DNA of 64,000 nt from the human T2T-CHM13v2.0 reference genome, Homo sapiens: NCBI RefSeq assembly GCF_009914755.1, contig NC_060947.1; one strand, written 5' to 3'. The notes under the pieces were generated by a model. It made no database searches. It worked only from the letters and a program-made list of their open reading frames with translations, and was not told where the DNA came from. This document shows positions 50,116 through 64,000 of the stretch, in pieces (the stretch's first letter is position 1; every line of letters begins with the position of its first letter). The position numbers were made by a program, and so were the translations under genes.

Positions 50116-52751
50116 TACTGTACCAGAATTACCAGCAAACTTCCTCCCCTCCCTCAAGATCCTGTCCCTGTGCCATCTGTTATTAAAGAAACAGCCAAGA
50201 AGTATCCATTGTAGCTGATTACTGGGTGCCTAGTTCTCACAACTGGTACATCCTGCATAACCTCTTCCCAGTCTGGTGATCTGTCGCTCTCACATGCCAT
50301 CTACTTGTCTTCAAACAATAAAGATCCCACACTTGGGCTGGCCAGGAGAGGACACAGATGCCATAACAGGAATACCCACCTCCTTGCACATGACCCATGG
50401 TCACTGACTGAACAACTCTCCATAGAAGGCTTGTAGATGCAGGTATACTGTAGATGCAGGTATACTTCTAAGCCTCTTGAGTTTCAGCTTGGAAGAGAAT
50501 GACAGCTCTTTAAGATACCACATTTCCTCTATGTTCCTCCTGAGAGTGTTGAAAGATAGATTTAAAGACCATGGGGAGATTGGTACCAGGCTGTGGGCAT
50601 GAACATGCGTCCCCACTCCGTTCTGCAGGAGCACCCTCTTAGAGTTCAGCCTGAGCACACAAGTCCTCATTAGTCAGGAGAAGGGCCATAGTGCAGCAAG
50701 CCAGGCCCAGGAGGGATCAGGTGACATCAGGCAGAAAAGTGAGTGAGCACATAATTTAATGCAAGGCAAAAGTCCAGAAGATCTGGCTCCCTTCCCTGGG
50801 TCCCAAACAGACTTTTCTGCCCCAGTGAGGCTGGGATCATTTATTATGGGCAATAAAGGGAGCCCAAAAGTCCTATCACTGGCAGATGGCCTCACGAAGT
50901 TCTAGGCCCAACCCATTTCCAACCTCCCCTGCTCTTTAGGACAGAGACCTTGAGTTTCATGAAGTAACCCAATCCCCTTAACGGTACACATCATACCTAG
51001 GTGCTCATTCAGATGCTTCCCTACTTTGAGCCCACCATCAAGACTTTACTCATGAGCCTTTCCTACCAAGCATGGTAGAAAGCTATAGAAGAGGATACAA
51101 ATGCCCCATGCCAGCTATCTACATGCCCTAGTAGTCTCTCTTGGAGGAGTGCTGAAATCCCAGAACCACTGCCCCACTTATAACATAAAACAGACTCTTC
51201 AAAAAGAAGAAGAAAAAAAAACCACTTGCCCATAACCCCAGCACCTACAGACAACCCAGGCTTGCAGTTTTCCTCTCTTTCTGTCTATTCTGTGTTCCCT
51301 GAAACAAGATAGCCAACTGTCCTTCACTGTATGTGGGATGGACTGCTAAAGTGACATTCAAAACATAGCAGTGTACATATACCCCATGAAAGCAACTGGG
51401 TGAGGGCTTTTAGGCTAGGATATCAGCTCTCTAGTGTCCTGTCATCTATGGAGAAAGCATATCATGAAAATCAACTCTACTCATCTGGAAATCACACAAA
51501 TGCTACTCGAGGCTGTCATAAAGAGGCAGCTCTCCTGGAATTGTCTTGTATAAAACCAGAGGATATCTGTCCCTCAGTTCTCCTTTCTGTGGGTACCCTG
51601 ACTTTCTCACCTTGGCGTCTCCCCTCACAGTATTTCTTTCCTGGTTACTTTACTTATATGAGTATGGAAGAATAAATTTCCAAGTATGTTCACAAGGCTG
51701 TTTTCTCCAACATGAATAGAATAATAGATCCTCTAGTGACCTGTAGCTCATCTGGCTGGTGGAAAAATGAGAACCAGGTACCTCCATTCTGGCTGCACAC
51801 AGCTATGCCATATTGATGTTCTGGGCATAAGGACAAATCATTCTTGGATGTGGCTACCTTTTAATCTACCAAGTCACTTTCTTCTGGGTGGACATTAATA
51901 CCATATGATGCACTTGTCTCTCTCTCTCACTCACACACCTCCTACAGAAAGTAGGTCTTTACATAGCCTCAAAGCTACTTCTGTTTCAAGAAAACAGTAG
52001 GGGGGAAAAAGGAAGAACCCTCATGTTCAAAGAGAAGGGACATGGTAAATAAATGATGTTCTTGCCACCTCCAGGAAGACACATGGGCAACTGAGCAGTT
52101 ATTAGGAAATGAAAAGAATCTGGGAGTATGTTGACTCTGAACAGAGAGGCAAAGTCCAGGAGATGTGTTTTGTGAAAGCTACAAAGTATAAGAAAGTCTA
52201 TCACATGTAAGCTTCTTGGTGTCAAAGCACACATACCTCTGCATTTGCCTTCATTCACACTGGACACTAAAAACACACAAGGAAAAATCACATCTAATTC
52301 TCACTGTAGGCAGAGTCAGGAGGATGAATAGAAGGCAGAGGGGAAACCTGGGAGTGTCCATCATGCAGTGTTAAGGGCTACCACTTAATTGGGAGGAATC
52401 TCTATCCACAGTGGCATCTCCAAGGTGGTTATGGGAGAAAGGAAGACAAAAAGAAGAAAACACACAGATTCACATACACAATTAAGGAAGAAAGTAGAAG
52501 CATGTGTGTTGGCATGCATACATGGATGTATGAATGCAGAAACAAGTGAATGTGGGGGTGCTCCAGGGAGAGAAGAGCCACACTTTCAGGTAGAGCTTCC
52601 TCGAAGGGGCTGCAGAACCAAAGGTCCCCACCAAGATCACCTGTCTGTGTGGAGCCACTGGGCCCACTTTTCTGACACATGGAACACCAATCTGGATCAG
52701 GAGTGCCTACCTGAGAACCTTGGAGGTAAGCCAGGGTATTATCCTCCCAGT

Positions 52752-53200
52752 TGTAAAGCTGATCATACAAATTGGGTCATCTTGTCATACGCAACTAAAA
52801 CAGAGGCAAGCGACCAGGGGCAAAGCCACTTAGGGCATATAACATTGCTTCAACGATGTGATTTTTTTGCAATCCTGACCTCTGTAATGACCAGCTGTAA
52901 CCTGAAAACAGTTTTTTCTAATAGCTACTGAAACAATCTGCTCAACTCTAAGACTTGTTTTACACATGGCCGTCACTTACCCATCAAAGCTTGCCAGCTC
53001 TTTGAAACTTTGCTGGTGCTAATAAACTTTCTGGAAAACAATACATAACATTTCACCTTTTTCTAAAACCTCCAACTTTTGTCTGCTCTTTGAAAATACC
53101 AAAGTCTACCTAGTCTGTGAGTACACCCCAAATTGTAATTCTTGTTTCCCAAATAAAAGATTACATTTAGAGATTTGCCTCTACATTTTTTACTTCAACA
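52752..53200 (+). mobile_element. ERV1-class 5' LTR (subfamily uncertain)
   Basis: TG...CA termini (TGTAAAG...TTCAACA), AATAAA near the 3' end (~53152), followed within 4 bp by a PBS-like TGGTGCCAGAAGCAGGAT. Confidence 0.7.
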
Positions 53201-54390
53201 CACTTGGTGCCAGAAGCAGGATTCCAAAGGTGACTCACCTTGGGGAGAATCACCAGCCCTTGGATCTAAGGTATGAGGTACTCACACTGGGGCCCAGTAA
53301 GCTCCCCACCCCACATTCATGATCTGCCTCCCTTCATGAGTCTGTTTTGGAACAAAGTCTTGATTTTGATTGAGCTCTGTTTTGTTTTGGATTTGACTGA
53401 GGAGGGGTCTTTCCCCCTCTTGTTTGAAGAGAGATCTTTCTCCTCCTGGCTAGGAGATTTCCTGTGGAGAAAGGTTAGTTTCCTCCTGTTGACCTCAGCT
53501 GGAAATTTGAACCTCAGCTGGACGCTTGGTTTCAAGGTTTGGTTTAGGGGATTTACCCCTTCATATGGAGAAGGCTTACTGTCCTTCCTGGTAAGTAAGT
53601 ACTATATTTTCCATTGGCACTTTCATTTATTTGGCCTTTGCATATTCAGCACTTGCATTTAACTGGCTTTTGTGTATTTGGCAGTAAACCAAATCATCAA
53701 GGCATATTTAGTTAAAAATGAGCTCTCAAAGTTCAAAGCCATGCCACAATATTTTCTGGGAGTCCAGCTGATAACATGTTAAAATGCTATAGGGATCATT
53801 TAATCTGTTGTTCTTAAAACTAAAGTGAAAGATTGTGTCCATAAAATTTATACTCCAAATTAAACTCTTATCTCAATTGATATGTTGAGGCTTAAAAAAA
53901 AACAACAAAACAATTCAGGACTAATAGTAATATTTTCTGGCAAGGCAATCTTTCTCAAAGCTAACTGAAACAGTCTGCTCCTGGGGCTTTCCTCTCCCCA
54001 TCTTATAATTCCTCCTTTTTATCCTTCTCTAAGCTAAACTCTTTTTTTTCTGCAACTTTTCAGCGATTCTGATATACTAGTTAAGTAAAAATCACTTAAA
54101 AACCAGCAAAAATGAAAGAAAAAAATTTTGACCTTGATGCTGTTTCTTAAATGTAAAATATAAATTTTTCATGTAAAAGACACCAGCCCTATGTGAAAAG
54201 GAATGGCAACATTCTTATCTTCAAGAAAAAATAGTGAAGTCCAAGAAAATACCCTAAAGGCTTTGTTAGAATAACTCTCACCTTTTAGGCCTCCTCATAT
54301 AATTGGGTCACATTTTAACAGTTAAGTATTCTTTGTGAAATCTAGCTGAATTAAACTGTTTTACTCACAAGTTGGTTCACAGCCTTTACA
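53201..54390 (+). mobile_element. ERV1 internal (leader) remnant with PBS at 53205-53222
   Basis: PBS resembles the tRNA-Leu type TGGTGTCAGAAGTGGGAT; T-rich leader-like sequence follows; no intact ORF. Right end approximate. Confidence 0.5.
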
Positions 54391-54392
54391 AG

Positions 54393-54782
54393 TGTATTAG
54401 GCTATTCTTGTACTGCTATAAAGAAATAGCTAGACTGGGCAATTTATAAAGAAAAAAGGCTTAAATGGCTCATAGTTCTGCAGTCTTTATAGAAAGCATG
54501 GTGCTGGCATCTGCTTGGCCTTTGGAGAGGCCTCAGGAAGCTTACAATCATGACAGAAGGCAAAGGGGAAGCAAGCACATCACATGCTGACAGCAAAATG
54601 TGGGGAGGTGCCACACACTTTTAAATGAAGACCAGATCTCATGGGAACTCAATATCATGATGACAGCACCAAGCCATGAGGGATTTACCCGTGACCCAAA
54701 CACCTCCCACCAGGATCCACCTCCAGAATTGGGGATTACAATTCAACATATTTGGATGGCCATAAATATACAAACTATATCA
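54393..54782 (-). mobile_element. MaLR LTR, MST-type
   Basis: TGTATTAG..GCTATAAAGAAATA..GACTGGGCAATTTATAAAGAAAA..GGCCTCAGGAAGCTTACAATCATG..GGGGATTACAATTCAACAT..ACTATATCA, the reverse complement of a typical MST LTR. Confidence 0.85.
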
Positions 54783-54884
54783 AAGATTACCTATTATAAA
54801 TTTAAGTTTAGCCTTATCTCATTAAAAAAAATTGAGATCCAACTGTCTTATAAATCTGTGAGTTTGGCTTGTTTTTGTTTGTTG

Positions 54885-60053
<5,169 letters not shown>

Positions 60054-60519
60054 TGTAGCAGGACAAGCCACAGACAAAACCCCTCAGACATCGAGTTAAG
60101 GAAGGGCTTTATTCGGCCGGGAGCTTTGGCAAGACTCACATCTCCAACACAATTCCTGTCCTTAAAAGGGACAGGAATTGCTCACTCCAAGAGCTCCCTG
60201 AGTGAGCAATTCCTGTCCCTTTTAAGGGCTCACAACTCTAAGGGGGTCCGCGTGAGAGGGTCATGATTGAGCAAGCAGGGGTTACATGACTGGGGGCTGC
60301 ATGCACCAGTAATTAGAAGGGAACAGAACAGGACAGGGATCTTTACAGTGTTTTTCTTATGCAAATAACCGATTAGGTCAGGGGTCGATCTTTAACTACC
60401 AGGCCCAGGGTGTGGCACCGGGCTGTCTGCTTGTGGATTTCATTTCTGCCTTTTAGTTTTTACTTCTTTGGAGGCAGAAATTGGGCATAAGACAATATGA
60501 GGGGTGGTCTCCTCCCTTA
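60054..60519 (-). mobile_element. LTR2 (HERV-E/Harlequin) 3' LTR
   Basis: Minus strand begins TAAGGGAGGAGACCACCCCTCATATTGTCTTATGCCC and ends GTCCTGCTACA; preceded by a polypurine tract and the env 3' end. Confidence 0.88.
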
Positions 60520-60542
60520 TTCTGCCCCTTTGAGAATCTCAC

Positions 60543-62400
60543 TCAATAGTGGGAGTTCTCACTTTCATTCTCACTACCCATGTCTTCTTGCAAGACTGAT
60601 TGATAGTAATTCATATAGTACACTTGTGCTAAAGCATTTTGGTGAACTAAGGTAGTGATGAAGCATTTTATCATTTGAAGAAGTACAGGTAGCAAACAAG
60701 GGAGCAGTAAGCAGGTTCCTATTACTATTATGACTCTTATTATAAGAGTTTTAAACTCTCCTAGCACTGGGAACCATTTTCCAAACATGGCTCCAGGATC
60801 AAATCCATGATACACTTGCACGGGCACATGTGCCAGTTTTGTCATATCCCTATGCCTTCAACTACTTGCCCCTGATCATCTATGTGTAGACAGCAATTAG
60901 TAAGGTTAAATTTCCCACAGACCCCTCCTTCAGCTGCTAGCAAGTAGTCGAGAGCCAATCTATTTTGATAGACAGCATTTCTCATCTGAGTTTCTTGCTG
61001 GGCCAGAATAGTCAAGGCTCTGCCGATCTTATTAGTGATTATTTCTAAGACAGCTTGTAACCGTATGATTCAGTTCAGCATGTAAATGGGGGTCCCATAT
61101 CACCGCGAGCCATCTTGTGCCCAAGTAGCGGGCCCATAATATTATATGATTCTCTCAGGGGGCCATTCATTATCTTTCCAATTTCCTATAGCTATGCTTC
61201 TCTTTTTGTGGGAAGCATAGACAGGGAAGCCCAGGAGTTTGCCTGTCTTTATGGGCAGTAGGAAGAAAGATGGTTTAATAGTGCCAATAACACAACTATC
61301 TGCCCACTGGTAGGGTAATTTGGTGTAAGCTCTATGCCCACATATCCAGTATAATCCAGTGGGGGCTGCCCAGTCCCAGTGGGACTCTGGGTGGGTTCAC
61401 ATGGTTTGCAACTTTGGGAATTTACTAAATGGATTTTTCTTAGTGTGGTTTGAACTCCACTAGGTGGCTGTTTTTGTAGTAATATTATACAGTTTTTGCT
61501 CAAGGCAGTTGAGTCTTCCCACAGGAAGGTTGAAGTCCTTCCCCACTCTTGCTATACAGTATTGTCTAATAATTGAGGCTTTTAGGACCCAGAAGTTATC
61601 AGGGTGATTCTTTTGAACTGGGGATTCATCAGGAACTGGGTCTGTAGGTACTAATTCTCAGGCTTCCCATGGCCATTGATCTCCCATTATAGTTCCTCCA
61701 CATACATAACATGAAGTGAAACTGAGAGACTAGGCTACATGCTCAGCTAATTGTAAAAACAAATTTCTTGTTTTTCCTGGAATTTCTGGTACTGACACAT
61801 TCAGTTAATCGTAGAAGGGTTGAGATACTGGCTCAGGAGAGCGTTTATAAACTTCTCCTCAAGCCATGATATTTACTCGAGGATCCAGTCCAGCCCCCTC
61901 AATTCCTAGGGTTACACGCTCCCCTTTTTTCCAGTGAGGATCAAGGGGGTTGGTTATTACTAGTTCTAAGGGGTTACACTGACCACTTGTACAGGAAGGG
62001 CCACTTTTCCCTTTCTGAAGGTGGACGGGATCCTTTTCATTTTTTATCCAAGTAGCCGAAATGACACAAGACCAGTATGCACGTTCATTTCCATACAGTC
62101 CTAATTTATGACAAATGTACTTTTTTTTTTTTTTTGCCATATAGCCTTTTTCCTAATTAAGAGAACCACATCCTATTCCTAACTTATTACTATTAATGAC
62201 AACACAGGCATCAAACTTCAAGGTGACTTGTTTGGGCACCCCTTTTTCTTTTGTTTTGGCTAACACTTTACTCATATCGTTTATGAGCCCCCACCAGGTT
62301 TCAGTCCTTAATCTTAAAAACTGTGGTCATGGGAGGCTCAGATGGGTCATAACACACATCAGGTTGGTCATTTCCTGGGCTACATACCTTGTATAGAATA
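60543..62400 (-). pseudogene. env: Disrupted gammaretroviral (HERV-E-like) env
   Basis: Minus strand encodes a furin-like site KKR|SIA (~61200), the immunosuppressive domain [17 protein letters not shown] followed by a CX6CC motif (60890-60968), a TM anchor IIRVIIVIGTCLLLPCLL, and an SU fragment at 61859-62140. Broken into several frames; upstream limit approximate. Confidence 0.85.
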
Positions 62401-62744
62401 GCATTATACAAACAAGTTCTTTTTAGAGTCCTGGTATACTTATAATAACCATAAAATAATAGGACTGTAGCAACTTTTTTCCTACCTCAGTGACTTGACG
62501 TATATACTGGGAATAGTCTTCAGTCTGAGGAAGGTCAGTTGAAGTCCCTATGGTATAAGTCCAAATTTTAAGGAAAATGAGTCCCGCAATGAGTTTTCTC
62601 ATGCTTTGGCCATGCGTGGACCAGTCAGCTTCCGGGTGTGACTGAAGCAGGTATTGTCATCTTCTTCAGAGTCACTTTGCAGGGGTTGGTGAAGCTGCTC
62701 TCGCCCATGTACAACTCACAGTCTACTGATGTTCAAGGATGGTC

Positions 62745-63240
62745 TCAGAGGTTGGGCCCACTAGAATAAACTGAGTGCAATACAACACAGTGATATTCAA
62801 CTGGGCTCTCTGATACCGGGAGCAAGGTGGCAGGGTTTAGGGTGTCGCAAACTTCAATGGTTATGTGGGGATTTTCACATAGCAAGCTTTGGTACTTGGT
62901 TAATCTAGCATTTGTTAGCCAATGATGTCCTTTGGTATTCATCAAAGTTACCACAGCATGGGGGGGTCTTTATATTCAGGTTTTGCCCAAGGGTTAGTTT
63001 ATCTGCTTCTTGTGCTAACAGGGCCATTGCTGCCAGGGCCCTTAGCCATGGGGGCCAGCCTTTGGAAACCCCGTCTAGCTGTTTTGAGAGATAGGCCACT
63101 GGCCTTGGCCAGGGCCCCACAGTCTGGGTTAAAACTCCAACTGCCGTGTTTTCTTTTTCTGACACATAGAGTGTAAAGGCTTTTGTCAGGTCGGGTAGCC
63201 TCAGGGCTGGGGCCAACAGGAGTTTTTCTTTTAACTCATG
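62745..63240 (-). pseudogene. pol: Gammaretroviral pol fragment (RT connection region)
   Basis: [39 protein letters not shown] and [23 protein letters not shown]; frameshifted. Confidence 0.88.
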
Positions 63241-63249
63241 AAAAGCTCA

Positions 63250-63585
63250 TTGCTGTTGGTTGTAATAGATGTAGTTTATCCAATTTACATTTTTATTAAC
63301 TGCCACCCACCAAAATATTGACTCAAATCCTGCAGCTATTTGATTTCAAGCTTTAAATTGATCTGGTATTCCCCGTGGGACTCCAATTGTGTCTAAATAG
63401 ACGTGAGAGTCAAAAAACCCATAAGGGCCTTCTCTCGCTTTACAATGTCTTATTTTTCTTCCCTCTGGTTGATGAAATGCCAGGGTGAAAGGGATAGCCA
63501 ATTGAACTAAAGTACAAGTGCCACTCCAGTTATTCGGCAGAGTGCCCAGTAAAGGTCCACACACAATCACAATACCACCACACAT
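63250..63585 (-). pseudogene. Second env-like fragment from a different ERV lineage (Harlequin-type mosaic)
   Basis: CGPLLGTLPNNWSGTCTLVQLAIPFTLAF and YLDTIGVPRGIPDQFKA resemble an SU end/TM start; the fragment lies upstream of pol on the minus strand. Confidence 0.6.
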
Positions 63586-64000
63586 CCTGAAGATCACGTT
63601 CTCATCAAAGGGTGAAAAGAAAGGAAACTCGATCCAGCCTAGGAAGGACCCTACCTTGTGCTGCTAAACACCGAGACTGCTGTTCATACAGTGAAAAAAG
63701 GATGGACTAATCACAACCAAGTCAAGAAAGTGCCACCCCCTCCAGAGTCATGGGCCATAGTCCCAGGGGAAAACCTTACCAAACTAAAGCTAACAAAAAT
63801 TTAAGTCTTAATCTATTCTATTACTCTTTCTTCTTACCTCGCTCTTTTGCTGACCATCTGGTTATTAACAAAACCAAGTCAATTTTGCCTCAAACTATTG
63901 CATTTAATGCTTGCCTTGTTATACCCTGTGGGGACTTGCCCAGTCAAAGACAGCTCTCTACTTCAGAAAAGTACCTCTGTCCCTCCTGACTCTCCTCAGA
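63583..64000 (+). pseudogene. ERV integrase C-terminus and env-leader-like sequence, opposite orientation to the adjacent provirus
   Basis: The + strand from ~63583 translates as HPEDHVLIKG*KERKLDPA*EGPYLVLLNTETAVHTVKKGWTNHNQVKKVPPPPESW (GPY/F integrase tail), followed by a hydrophobic signal-like stretch LFYYSFFLPRSFA. Confidence 0.75.

Larger units (their letters stand above)
36000..50150 (-). repeat. Inverted, degenerate DXZ4-like array (~7 partial monomers)
   Basis: Repeated reverse-complement matches to the monomer in collinear order; for example, the FLLMAVLLQKCP..PPPFAEEKT translation appears on + at 36483, 37840, 39712 and 42316 but on - in the main array. Heavy CpG decay and several internal deletions. 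Left boundary fuzzy. Confidence 0.93.

Noticed and set aside
1-50150. Annotating the DXZ4-associated lncRNAs (DANT1/DANT2) or array promoters
   Set aside because: Known for the locus, but exon and TSS coordinates cannot be derived from this sequence alone.
50432-50465. 17-bp tandem duplication TGTAGATGCAGGTATAC
   Set aside because: Ordinary slippage event with no supporting context.
52389-52931. 180-aa ORF
   Set aside because: Non-ATG start, no recognisable domain, and it runs into an LTR.
60543-62400. Co-opted (syncytin-like) env gene
   Set aside because: The env is broken into several short frames; no full-length ORF.

Overview
Primate, almost certainly human, genomic DNA with no credible protein-coding gene. 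Bases 1-33,000 are the end of a GC/CpG-rich macrosatellite of about 2.97-kb monomers: 11 near-identical units plus a diverging terminal unit. Each unit carries internal (TTTA)n, (GA)n and (GGCCC)n microsatellites. That size and microsatellite trio match the X-linked macrosatellite DXZ4 (recognised from memory, not by search). After a ~2.3-kb spacer comes ~14 kb (36,000-50,150) of about seven old, CpG-decayed, deletion-riddled copies of the same monomer in INVERTED orientation, interrupted by a MER4A-like solo LTR. The right end is a stack of retroelements: an ERV1 LTR plus internal sequence, an MST LTR, an old L1 carrying a nested L1PA with a 12-bp TSD, and an LTR2/Harlequin (HERV-E-like) provirus end. 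The most interesting signal is a CTCF-like motif (CCTCTTGATGGCAG). It points left in all 11 array monomers and is unusually well preserved, pointing right, in the decayed inverted flank, giving a divergent motif cluster. The array also carries two alleles of this motif and shows hidden 2-mer and 5-mer higher-order structure. The many ORFs in the track are GC-rich repeat artefacts.
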